Shown: positions 29,583-39,084 of the stretch, piece after piece
Numbering within the stretch: the stretch's first letter is position 1
Layout: each line of letters begins with the position of its first letter
Source: a bacterium
GTDB taxonomy: Bacteria; SM23-31
Length of the DNA: 64,000 nt
Reading direction: 5' to 3'
Assembly (NCBI GenBank): GCA_965249485.1
Contig: OZ252239.1
Span: forward strand, 3,643,587-3,707,586
Position numbers and translations under genes: made by a program
Notes under the pieces: model-generated
Told to the model about the DNA's origin: nothing
The model's input: the letters and a program-made list of their open reading frames with translations, nothing else
Databases searched by the model: none

Positions 29583-30523
29583 TTATAGTGTTTTCATCCA
29601 GTTATATTGTTGTTCAAGACCCTCTTCCAGAGAAACCGCGGGGCTATAATTAATAAGTTTTACTGCTTTATCAATTTCAGAATAGGTGTGTAAAACATCC
29701 CCTTTTTGCTTTTCCACATATTCGATATTAATATTATCTTTATTACACAACTTTTTCATAATGGCAAACAGGTCATTTACAGATGTTGCTCTATGACTGC
29801 CAACATTGAAACATTCATTGTCCCCGGGGTGGATTGCGCTGGCAATTGTCGCGTTAACAATATCCGTAACATAAGTAAAGTCTCTTTTCTGATTCCCATC
29901 GCCAAAAACTTTTATCGGCTTATTGTTTAAAATGTTTTTTATAAATAGATGAAAAGCCATATCCGGCCTCTGTCGCGGCCCATATACCGTAAAATATCTT
30001 AACCGGACAAAATGGGAATACCATACGCTTTGAAAAATGCGTTGCAGGTGTTTTCCGCGGCTAATTTTGTAACCCCATAAGGCGACAATGGTTTTTTGGG
30101 AGCATTTTCAGGGATGGGCAAAACATCCTGATCTCCGTAGACAGACGATGATGAAGCAAAAACAAATTTCTTTATCTTGTAATTCTTCACCTGATCTAAA
30201 AGATTATTCGTCAATAATACGTTGTTTTCAAGATAGTTATTAAAATAACTGCCCCAACTTTGACGAACTCCAGGTAAAGCGGCTAAGTGAAAAATATACT
30301 CTGTGTCTTTTAAAATATCATCCAGTCTAAACTTTAATAAATTTTCATTTAGAAATGTAAACTTCCTATTATTAAGTAAATTTTTCAGATTATCTTTTTT
30401 GATCTCGGCAGAATAGTTATCTGTAAAAGCATCAATTCCAACAACTTGAAACTTCTGATTGAGCAATTCTTCCGAAAGATGAGAGCCGATAAATCCCGCG
30501 GCTCCTGTTACCAAAGCTTTCAT
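29583..30523 (-). pseudogene. NAD-dependent epimerase/dehydratase (UDP-sugar 4-epimerase/decarboxylase-like), with a frameshift
   Basis: The N-terminal ORF (MKALVTGAAGFIGSHL…YGIPILSG*) and C-terminal ORF (MAFHLF…) are in different frames. Reading through the junction in the other frame restores the conserved LRYFTVYGPRQRPDMAFH segment. This implies a 1-nt indel near 29990–30000. Confidence 0.65.
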
Positions 30524-30742
30524 ATATTTACAATAATGAGTTTTTATTTAAACAGGAATTTTCCCTTTCAAATCTCTGCAAGATATTGTTAGGGAGTTTT
30601 TGGAATTATGACAGCAAATTAACATTTAATCCTGTCATTTGCAAAAGGAATTTGGATAAAAAAATTCATGTAAGTGCCAAAGAAATGATCCACTTGCTAA
30701 TTGTCATACATTATTTGCTTTCAGTAATAATCAGACAAATTG

Positions 30743-32392
30743 TCAAAATTCCATTGTTGAAACCAACTTTTTATGAAGCACCATTAGTAAGAACAGAATG
30801 GAGACTATCACTGTACCGGTAATAGCTTGCAGGTACCAACGATCCTGAAATATTTTAAATACCTGCACATACCATAGATCGAACCAATCAAATCCCTTCA
30901 ATGATCTCCAAAAAACCGTTCCTGTCGTGAATTTTTTAAGGTGGATATTGTATTGCATTGTCATGTCTTTGATAGCATCTTTATCAAACACAATAAGAGG
31001 AAAGTTTAATGATTCGCCTGTAGCCAACCGGTTTATCCCTGAGAATAACAAGTAATATGATCCTAATATTTGGGAATATTGGGGCATATCTATCCTTGTA
31101 TAATAATCATGAGGGGATTCCTTTACAAGAAAACGCTCATAAGCTGAAAAATTCATGACAGTGGATGGCAGCTGTATGAATAATCCTACAGTTGCCGCTA
31201 TTAAAAGTATTTTTTGGAAATTGATCTTTCCGGGAATATTACCATATTTTATTAAATAGATGACCGGAAGGCACAACACTGGTATTATTGGCACAAAATA
31301 TCGCGCCCCCCACGCGCCAAAACTTGCCCAGTGCGTTGAAAATGAGAAAAATAGTACATAAGGGATACAGGCTGAGACATAGAACAGAAACAGACCCTTA
31401 TTGTTCGCATACAATTTTCTAATACCAAAAAAAGAGAGGATGAGAATTGGATTAAAGATCAAAAGGCCTTTGCCCATACTTAAAAATATTTTTTGAAAAT
31501 TTGCGATCCCATAATAAACGTTAAACATCAACTCGGTTGATGTTGTCCCTTCCGTTCCCCGCACACTGTAGCCGGTTTGGAGAACATTGCCAAATCGCAC
31601 ATAATTATATAGCAGAAACAGTGACACTGGAATAATAAAACCAAGTATAAACTTAGCTCCGTATTGCAATACTTTATCTTTTTTGCTTTGATAAATAATG
31701 TAAAACAGGTATATGGAAAATGCCGGAAAAAGTAACACAGTATACAATTTCGTTATTAAACAGCTTCCGGTAAAGATCCCGGCATAAAGAAGCAATGAAG
31801 ATTTCCGCTCATATTCAAATTTCACGAGCGTAAATAGTGCCAGGAGAATGAATAGTGCCGCTAACGGCTCTCCAAAACCAGATTTGACGGCATAAGTAAA
31901 TAGCATTGTACCGAATGTCAGACATCCTGTTATCAGCGCAGATTTTTTATTGTCCACTTCCAGTGATTTTAGTAGAGAAAAAAATACGGTGCAGATCAGT
32001 GCCGTAACAAAAATATTTTGCATGGAAAAGAAAAATACAAGGAGAAAGTCTCTCGGAATGAATGATAAAATCTTGGTAAAAATAAGTCCAGTTCCATAAA
32101 AAAGAGAACCGACAATTATTTGACCTAATCCATGTTTGCTATATACTCTGTTATTTTGAGATGATAGGAACCGTATTTCCTCTGCAACAGCATTAAAGGA
32201 ACCTGTCAATTCACCCGCATTCTTTTCCTCAACGGAATCCCCAAGGTCAAAATTGCCGTCTTTAAAAACACTCTCAACAGTATAATAATTCCACAGCGCG
32301 TCTCCTCCAACATGACCTGGGAAAAACAGGAAATATGTCGTCAGGATAAACAGGAAAATAAGCAGTTTGGATTTATTTGCTTTTGAGATCAT
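30743..32392 (-). CDS. GT-C fold membrane glycosyltransferase, PMT/ArnT-like (GT39/GT83-like)
   Basis: 549 aa with ~11 TM helices. Has the PMT_2-like hydrophobic core and a C-terminal extracytoplasmic domain. Confidence 0.5.
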   Translation of the reverse strand: MISKANKSKLLIFLFILTTYFLFFPGHVGGDALWNYYTVESVFKDGNFDLGDSVEEKNAGELTGSFNAVAEEIRFLSSQNNRVYSKHGLGQIIVGSLFYGTGLIFTKILSFIPRDFLLVFFFSMQNIFVTALICTVFFSLLKSLEVDNKKSALITGCLTFGTMLFTYAVKSGFGEPLAALFILLALFTLVKFEYERKSSLLLYAGIFTGSCLITKLYTVLLFPAFSIYLFYIIYQSKKDKVLQYGAKFILGFIIPVSLFLLYNYVRFGNVLQTGYSVRGTEGTTSTELMFNVYYGIANFQKIFLSMGKGLLIFNPILILSFFGIRKLYANNKGLFLFYVSACIPYVLFFSFSTHWASFGAWGARYFVPIIPVLCLPVIYLIKYGNIPGKINFQKILLIAATVGLFIQLPSTVMNFSAYERFLVKESPHDYYTRIDMPQYSQILGSYYLLFSGINRLATGESLNFPLIVFDKDAIKDMTMQYNIHLKKFTTGTVFWRSLKGFDWFDLWYVQVFKIFQDRWYLQAITGTVIVSILFLLMVLHKKLVSTMEF

Positions 32393-33377
32393 ATCTCCCC
32401 AATAGATTGATTATACCGCCAATGCAGCCTTCTATAACGAATGCAAAAAATATAAGCAGCGAATAGCTGAACGCCTGATTTGCCGTGACTCCGACTGTGG
32501 CAAAAAAGAAAATGTTTCCTGATTCTCTGATGCCTATTCCATTCAGTGAAACCGGCAGCACCGTCAACATGAATATGATTGGTGAAAAAATAAAAAAGTA
32601 TCGCCAGTGAACCGTCAGGTTTGTCATTTGCGATATTGTATAAAAACTTAAATAATTAAATATCTGCATGAGAAGAGATAGGGAGAAAACGGTAAGCAAA
32701 AACTTTTTGTCTTTTTTGAACGAAACAACCGTTCGAAAGAACTTTTCAATTTTTTTTCCAATCTCCCGGAATTCAAATCGTTTTAAGATACGACATACCA
32801 TGTTCACTGTAGTTTCACGGTTAAAAAGATAGAGGACCACCATAAAAACGACCGGAACAAGCACAAGAAAAAATCGCATAGAACCAAGGAACGACAATTC
32901 GTCCATAAAAATGAGTACGACTACAAAAACCAGAAAGAAATTCGATGCAATACCTAATATCCTGTCAAATAAGATAGAAGAAAATGCCGGGGTCTTTTTT
33001 TGCTCATTTTTCGATACAATGTATGCTTTAACTATATCTCCGCCATATTGCGAGGGAAGGAACTGGCTATAAAATCTCCCTATGAAATACAGTTTAAATA
33101 CTCCTATAATATTATGATTTATATTTTGCTTTCTCAAAACACATTGCAATCGAAAGCTAATGAGCAAAATTGTTGAGAACCGGAGCAGCACAAAAGGTAC
33201 CACATACTCTACGTTTAACCTTTGAATGATCGCTGATATGCTCTTCACATCAATACTCGGATGCCACAAGATCATTGCGATGACAGCAACGCTAAAAACT
33301 ATTCTTAGTAAGTTTCCATATTTCCCGATGATCTGTTTGAGCATTATGGTCTCAGAGCAATGACAATTTACAAACAA
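32373..33377 (-). CDS. Flippase-like membrane protein (UPF0104 / lysyl-phosphatidylglycerol-synthase TM-region family)
   Basis: 334 aa with ~8 TM helices. Overlaps the downstream GT-C gene by 20 nt. This partnership is typical of GT2/GT-C glycosylation modules. Confidence 0.5.
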   Translation of the reverse strand: MFVNCHCSETIMLKQIIGKYGNLLRIVFSVAVIAMILWHPSIDVKSISAIIQRLNVEYVVPFVLLRFSTILLISFRLQCVLRKQNINHNIIGVFKLYFIGRFYSQFLPSQYGGDIVKAYIVSKNEQKKTPAFSSILFDRILGIASNFFLVFVVVLIFMDELSFLGSMRFFLVLVPVVFMVVLYLFNRETTVNMVCRILKRFEFREIGKKIEKFFRTVVSFKKDKKFLLTVFSLSLLMQIFNYLSFYTISQMTNLTVHWRYFFIFSPIIFMLTVLPVSLNGIGIRESGNIFFFATVGVTANQAFSYSLLIFFAFVIEGCIGGIINLLGRYDLKSK

Positions 33378-33813
33378 GGTAATATAACAATTTTTTGCGG
33401 GATTCTACCTAATATTATTAGAGTAAACAGAGCGCCTGAATTAAAAAACAAGCAGTACCCTCCTATATCACGCTGCAATAGTAGTATATCTGCTATATTC
33501 TGCTTGCATTTCAATTTTCTAATGAATATCATTAAGCGCTTCGGGCTTATGCAAAATTGATACTTGCTTAAGAGTAATTTTTTATGTTATGAATTCCGAT
33601 GGATCAGATCCGCCTTACGAACAACGATAGCTGGGACGGTATGCCGTCCTTGTCACCGGCAAAAAAGTAAACCGCATGAATGTATAGCAAATTTACACAG
33701 CGGTCAACATCATATATTCAGGTTGCATCATCACAATGACCCCCTGTGCCGATTTGCAAATATTTATAAATATATCCAAATAATCATCTACTGTGTTGTG
33801 TCACCTTCTGCTA

Positions 33814-33852
33814 TGTGCTAATATGTTGAAATGCTTTCAACATATTAGCACA
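33814..33852. promoter_or_regulatory. Perfect 39-bp palindrome (18-bp arms, 3-nt spacer) in a divergent promoter region; candidate operator
   Basis: TGTGCTAATATGTTGAAA-TGC-TTTCAACATATTAGCACA. Lies ~105 bp upstream of the ATG at 33958 and inside the 530-bp gap between divergently oriented genes. Confidence 0.55.
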
Positions 33853-33957
33853 ATCCGGTCAACACTTTTTGTTATCTCGAAGATCAAAACATGAGGAACA
33901 GCAACCGTGTTCCACTACTATATAATGAAACTAAAAATAGTCGGAAAGGAAAAAGCG

Positions 33958-36711
33958 ATGCAGGTCAAAAAATTTTTCACACCCTCAATTGCCGCATTGC
34001 TTTTTTGCAGTGTGCTTTTTCTAACTCCAGACACCTATGGTCAGCAGCTTGTAAACGATATCATCGGCAAGGTTCATTATCGTTCAATCGGCCCGACACG
34101 ACAGAGCGGCCGGATTGTCGATTTCGCTGTTCCGATGCAGCAGACTTACACTTACTATGTAGCAGCAGCAAACGGTGGGCTATGGAAAACTGTTAATAAC
34201 GGTACTACTTTTTTTCCACTTTTCGATCATCAAAATGTTTTTGCCATTGGCGATATTGCTGTTGCTCCAAGCGATCCGGACATTGTGTGGGTCGGCACAG
34301 GAGAAGCGAACAACAGCACCACCGATCCGTACGCCACATACTGGGGTGACGGTGTCTATAAATCGACAAACGGAGGAGTATCGTGGCGAAATATGGGACT
34401 GAAAGATACGCATCAGATTGGCCGTATAATCGTTCATCCCCAAGAACCGGACATCGTCTATGTTGCGGCACTCGGCCACCTTTATAGTGAAAATGAAGAG
34501 CGTGGAGTTTTCAAATCTACCAATGGCGGCAGGTCGTGGAAAAAATCGTTGAGTGTTGAGTATGAGGGACGACACATTAGCGTTGTCGACCTTGTGATAG
34601 ACCCGTCCGATCCCGACATCCTCTATGCATCGAGTTATGACAGAATTGCCAAGCCGTGGATGTATTATGAAGGTGGCTCCGGAAGTGGCATCCATAAATC
34701 AACCGATGGCGGAGAATCATGGTCGAAGCTTACCACAGGATTGCCGAGTGAACGTGTCGGACGAATCGGATTAGCAATTGCCAGAACAAATCCTCAAATT
34801 CTCTATGCTTATGTTTTGGAAGACAGAGACGCCGACGGACGGTATGAAAATCGAATTTTCAGGAGCGATAATGGAGGCCAGCGATGGACTCAGATGACAG
34901 ATGAGCCGGTAACCGGCGGGTCATATTTCGGGCAAATCAGAGTCAATCCGGCCAATGAAAATCATGTCTATGTTTTGAGTTACGGATCGATTCAGTCACG
35001 TGACGGCGGAAAAACCTGGAGCCGTGGTTTTAAATACGGCGGTGACAATCATGCACTCTGGATTAATCCAGAGGATCCTCGCCATATACTGCTTGGCTAT
35101 GATTATGGCCTTGCACAATCATTCGATGACGGACTCAATTGGTACCATCCAGATGAACTGCCGCTTGCCCAGTTCTATGAAATCGGCGTCGATATGGACT
35201 ATCCATACAATGTCTATGGTGGCACTCAGGATTTTGGCACATGGAAGGGGCCGAATACGAAAAAGGGACGGTTTCCAATCAGATTTGAAGACTGGGAACA
35301 TATGCTTGGCGGTGACGGCTACTATTCTCAAGTGGATCCATCCAACAACCGGTGGCTCTACGCCGAATCTCAGAATGGCGGGCTTTCGAAAGTCGACATG
35401 AAAACCGGAAAACGAAAAAATATAAAATACCGGGGTAATTCTAACCTCAGATTCAATTTCAGTGCACCCATACTCATTTCCCCGCATAACAGTAATGTCA
35501 TTTACCACGCGGCAAATATGGTGCTCCGCTCATCATTCAGAGGTGAAAGCTGGGAAGAGATCAGCCCCGATCTGACAACCAACAATTCTGATCTTCGTGA
35601 GGTTGGTCCCCTCGCTTACTGTACAATTACAACACTTGACGAGTCTCCGGTACGGCAAGGTATAGTCTGGGTCGGCACTGATGACGGAAACGTGCAGGTT
35701 ACGCAAGACGGCGGCACAACGTGGACTAAAGTGAATGATTCTATCACGGGAAATCCCGGATACTGGGTCAGCAGAGTCATTGCTTCGCATCACAATGCAG
35801 GGACAGCATATGTTTCCTACACTGGACGGAGAAGAGACGATTTCAGACCATTTGTGTATAAGACAACCGATTTCGGCCGGACATGGAAATCAATTTCCGG
35901 TAATCTGCCGGTTGATGAGCCGGTGAATGTCATCCGTGAAGACCATAAGAATCCGAATCTCTTATTCGTCGGAACTGAAAAAGCGGTACATGTGTCCATC
36001 AATGGCGGTGATAGCTGGATAAGAATGCAGAACAATATGCCAACAGCCGGCGTACAGGATCTCGTTATCCATCCACGTGAAAACGATCTTGTGGTCGGTA
36101 CCCACGGCAGGGGTTTTTACATTGCCGATATTTCTACTCTGCAAGAATTGACACCGGAAGTTCTAGCACGCAATGTGTATCTCTTTGATATCGAACCAAA
36201 AATTCAGTGGGTCATGCCAAGCCAAAAAGCAGTAAGTGCTCAGAATTTTGAAGGGGAGAACGAGCCGCACGGTGTTGTAGTGAATTACTATTTAAAAGAG
36301 CCTGTCCGTGATGGAGTCACCATCTCTATTTATCAGGGATCGACATTGCTCAATGAGTTCGCAGGACTCAGTGATGCCGGATTGAACAATGTGGAGTGGG
36401 GAATGACGAAGCGGAAACGGAAGCGGACAGATGAAGAAATCGCAATTTATGACAGGCGGCTTGCTCGCGGCAGTGGCAACGAGTTTTTCGATTATTACGA
36501 TACGGTCGATTTCTTTGGTGATGCTGATGATGAAGTCGACAAATTCGGCCGTTCGCTCCGCACCCGTGTCCATCGTAATCCGGAAATACGTGACCGTGAA
36601 TATGTACTTAACCGGGTACAACCAGGCGAATACACAATTATTCTATCAGCAAGTGGTATGGAACTCTCAAAGCAGTCGCTAATACTGAAGGACCACTGGT
36701 ACGACAAATAA
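33958..36711 (+). CDS. Secreted Asp-box (BNR) repeat protein, double β-propeller (sortilin/VPS10- or GH74-like)
   Basis: Start placed at MQVKKFF, which has an RBS and a signal peptide. Nine or more Asp-box motifs of the type S-x-D/N-G-G-x-S/T-W (STNGGVSW, STNGGRSW, STDGGESW, SDNGGQRW, SRDGGKTW, TQDGGTTW, SINGGDSW and others). Confidence 0.65.
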   Translation: MQVKKFFTPSIAALLFCSVLFLTPDTYGQQLVNDIIGKVHYRSIGPTRQSGRIVDFAVPMQQTYTYYVAAANGGLWKTVNNGTTFFPLFDHQNVFAIGDIAVAPSDPDIVWVGTGEANNSTTDPYATYWGDGVYKSTNGGVSWRNMGLKDTHQIGRIIVHPQEPDIVYVAALGHLYSENEERGVFKSTNGGRSWKKSLSVEYEGRHISVVDLVIDPSDPDILYASSYDRIAKPWMYYEGGSGSGIHKSTDGGESWSKLTTGLPSERVGRIGLAIARTNPQILYAYVLEDRDADGRYENRIFRSDNGGQRWTQMTDEPVTGGSYFGQIRVNPANENHVYVLSYGSIQSRDGGKTWSRGFKYGGDNHALWINPEDPRHILLGYDYGLAQSFDDGLNWYHPDELPLAQFYEIGVDMDYPYNVYGGTQDFGTWKGPNTKKGRFPIRFEDWEHMLGGDGYYSQVDPSNNRWLYAESQNGGLSKVDMKTGKRKNIKYRGNSNLRFNFSAPILISPHNSNVIYHAANMVLRSSFRGESWEEISPDLTTNNSDLREVGPLAYCTITTLDESPVRQGIVWVGTDDGNVQVTQDGGTTWTKVNDSITGNPGYWVSRVIASHHNAGTAYVSYTGRRRDDFRPFVYKTTDFGRTWKSISGNLPVDEPVNVIREDHKNPNLLFVGTEKAVHVSINGGDSWIRMQNNMPTAGVQDLVIHPRENDLVVGTHGRGFYIADISTLQELTPEVLARNVYLFDIEPKIQWVMPSQKAVSAQNFEGENEPHGVVVNYYLKEPVRDGVTISIYQGSTLLNEFAGLSDAGLNNVEWGMTKRKRKRTDEEIAIYDRRLARGSGNEFFDYYDTVDFFGDADDEVDKFGRSLRTRVHRNPEIRDREYVLNRVQPGEYTIILSASGMELSKQSLILKDHWYDK

Positions 36712-36889
36712 TACAATATTAAGTAAGATTAAGATTATATATAAAAATAATGATTTTTTAGCCAGATCGTACATATAGGAAAATAACATCCCTGATATTA
36801 CGTGCCTTTTTATATAGCACAGGACATTTGCGACCGTAAAAGCAATTAACTATCTATTTAGAATTATGATAATGAGGAAAAATGAAATC

Positions 36890-37966
36890 ATGAGTATAAA
36901 CCAAATATGCACTATGTGTTTATTAGTATATACACTTGTATTCATTATATCATGCGGGACGCAAACCGGACAACCGCAAGCAGATACTAGTTCTGATTGG
37001 TCTGCTGGCGATATCGAGCAGATGACACTGAAGCATATCGATGCAGTCAAAGATAAAGCGATTCGGATGTATGAAAACGATTATGGATTCTGGGAAGCGG
37101 AATTTTCAGATAACCATGTCTTGATCTATGTTCCAGGAGGTGCAATTACGATGGGTTCTGAGGAAGGTCTCGAGAATGAACGACCGCTCAGGGAGATTTT
37201 TCTCGATGGGTACTGGATGGCAAAGTATCCGGTTACAATAGCACAGTTCAGACAGTTTGTTGAGGAAACTGGCTATGTGACCGATGCGGAAAACGGTGAA
37301 GGATCGTGGCTCTTCTGGGAGGGGCGCTGGATTATCCGAATAGATGGCAACTGGAAGAACAACTATTTTGAGCAGGAAGATGACCATCCTGTGATTAGTG
37401 TGAGCTGGAATGATGCTATGGCGTTCTGCTTATGGCTGACGGAGCAGATTGGTGTCAATTTCACCCTTCCCACAGCGGCGCAGTGGGAAAAAGGAGCACG
37501 CGGCACAGACCAGCGGAAATGGCCGTGGGGTAATGAAATTCCCGACGGTACACGAGCAAATTATGCAGATATCAACTATTGGAATAAGTATGGTGATGCG
37601 CGCAGCCCCGATAAAACTATCGACGACGGGTACACCGTGACATCTCCGGTCGGTAGTTACCCGGCAGGCGCTTCACCGTACGGGCTACTGGATATGGCGG
37701 GAAATGTGTGGGAATGGAATTATGATGTTTATGATAGAGATTACTACAAAACTATGCCTGATAGAAATCCTACCGGACCTCCTGGTGACGGCAGTTATAG
37801 TCAGGACCGTGAAGACAGAGGTGGTGGCAGCTGGACAGACCGTTCGGGACATTTGACCCCGGAAGGGGGCCATAATCTCCGGTCCGCAGCACGGACAGGT
37901 GATGAGCAAAACAGCAGCGATGACCACCTTAGTTTCCGGATCGCAATCGATTTTATTGATCGGTAA
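36890..37966 (+). CDS. Formylglycine-generating-enzyme (FGE/SUMF1) domain lipoprotein
   Basis: Lipobox IISCG. FGE-sulfatase domain motifs HPVISVSWNDAMAFCLWL, TLPTAAQWEKGARG and GNVWEWNYD. Confidence 0.75.
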   Translation: MSINQICTMCLLVYTLVFIISCGTQTGQPQADTSSDWSAGDIEQMTLKHIDAVKDKAIRMYENDYGFWEAEFSDNHVLIYVPGGAITMGSEEGLENERPLREIFLDGYWMAKYPVTIAQFRQFVEETGYVTDAENGEGSWLFWEGRWIIRIDGNWKNNYFEQEDDHPVISVSWNDAMAFCLWLTEQIGVNFTLPTAAQWEKGARGTDQRKWPWGNEIPDGTRANYADINYWNKYGDARSPDKTIDDGYTVTSPVGSYPAGASPYGLLDMAGNVWEWNYDVYDRDYYKTMPDRNPTGPPGDGSYSQDREDRGGGSWTDRSGHLTPEGGHNLRSAARTGDEQNSSDDHLSFRIAIDFIDR

Positions 37967-38101
37967 AATATTTTAATTATGTAAAAACCCATTTCAATTA
38001 CTAGGTTTTTCGTTTATTCTAAATAATGTACTATATTCAGGTATTTTGGTTGATATGACACACAATGAATGATGTAAGATAATGAAATAATGTTACCGTA
38101 A

Positions 38102-38974
38102 ATGAAAAAGATGATCCTGATATTTTTCTTTTGTATTGTGCTTTTCCCGGCCCAAGTATTCTCACAAATGCCCGACCTTACAGGTGTAACGATTAACACC
38201 TATCCGGTAAACGGCCCTGTCTATATGCTTGAAGCATCCGGTGACGTTGCCGGTAATATTGCTGTGTCTGCCGGACCGGATGGTATTCTTATGGTGGATT
38301 CTCAGTTTGAACCCTTGTCTGATCTCATCAAGAAGTCTCTCGCCGACATCCAGAATGGTGATGTTGATTACATAATCAACACCCATTACCACGATGACCA
38401 CACGCACGGCAATCTGGAGTTTGGAAAAACAGGAACGGTCATCGGACACACGAACACACGGGAACTCCAGGCAGACAGACCCGAAGTCGGTCGTCCCGTT
38501 ATCACATTTAAAGATTCGCTCTCCATCCATTTCAACGGCGAAAAAATAAAACTAATCCATTTTCCCAGTTCCCATACCGGAACGGATGTTGTTATCTTTT
38601 TTACCGGTTCTAATGTCGTCCATATGGGAGATCTATTGAATTCCGGAATATGGAGTTTTCCGTTTGTAGATATTGGTTCCGGCGGTAGCATAGATGGACT
38701 ACTTAAGACAATCAGAATCCTTATTGAAATTATTCCTGAAGATGCTCAAATCATTCCCGGCCATTACGAATTGACCGACCTCGACGGATTAAAAAAAAAA
38801 AACACAATGCTTCTTGAAACCGTAGGCATTGTCAGAGCAAAGATGAACGCCGGAATGAGCCTTGGGCAAATCCAGCAGGAAGGATTTCCCAAGAAATATG
38901 ACGACTGGGGAACAGCCTATACTGATGCAAACGGGTGGATTGAAAATATTTACCGAGGACTTGAAAACAGATAG
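38102..38974 (+). CDS. Secreted MBL-fold metallo-hydrolase
   Basis: Signal peptide. HxHxDH motif (HYHDDHTHGN). Downstream His/Asp ligands. Confidence 0.75.
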   Translation: MKKMILIFFFCIVLFPAQVFSQMPDLTGVTINTYPVNGPVYMLEASGDVAGNIAVSAGPDGILMVDSQFEPLSDLIKKSLADIQNGDVDYIINTHYHDDHTHGNLEFGKTGTVIGHTNTRELQADRPEVGRPVITFKDSLSIHFNGEKIKLIHFPSSHTGTDVVIFFTGSNVVHMGDLLNSGIWSFPFVDIGSGGSIDGLLKTIRILIEIIPEDAQIIPGHYELTDLDGLKKKNTMLLETVGIVRAKMNAGMSLGQIQQEGFPKKYDDWGTAYTDANGWIENIYRGLENR

Positions 38975-39084
38975 CAGTATATAAATCTTTTTATTATCAG
39001 GTATGCTAAACGTACATTAAAATCCAGCGAAATTCGATGTTGTAGTGAGCCATAATGCAACTATTGAGGAATTGAGGCCATTCT

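Noticed and set aside
33814-33852. The 39-bp palindrome considered as a Rho-independent terminator
   Set aside because: Both flanking genes are transcribed away from it, so it sits in a divergent promoter region. No T-tract follows the stem immediately. The stem is AT-rich and too long and too perfect for a typical terminator.
11254-33906. Looked for integrase, transposase, tRNA or direct-repeat boundaries that would mark the low-GC island as a mobile genomic island
   Set aside because: I found no integrase or transposase-like ORF, and no tRNA-like or long direct repeats by eye at either boundary. The island is better described as a variable polysaccharide locus than as a defined mobile element. 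A computational repeat search could still reveal boundaries.
33378-33957. Small ORFs in the divergent intergenic region (33360–33560, 33564–33821, 33891–34196)
   Set aside because: No RBS. Their translations are His/Cys/Arg-rich and low-complexity, typical of AT-rich noncoding DNA. The last one overlaps the real start of the Asp-box gene in another frame.
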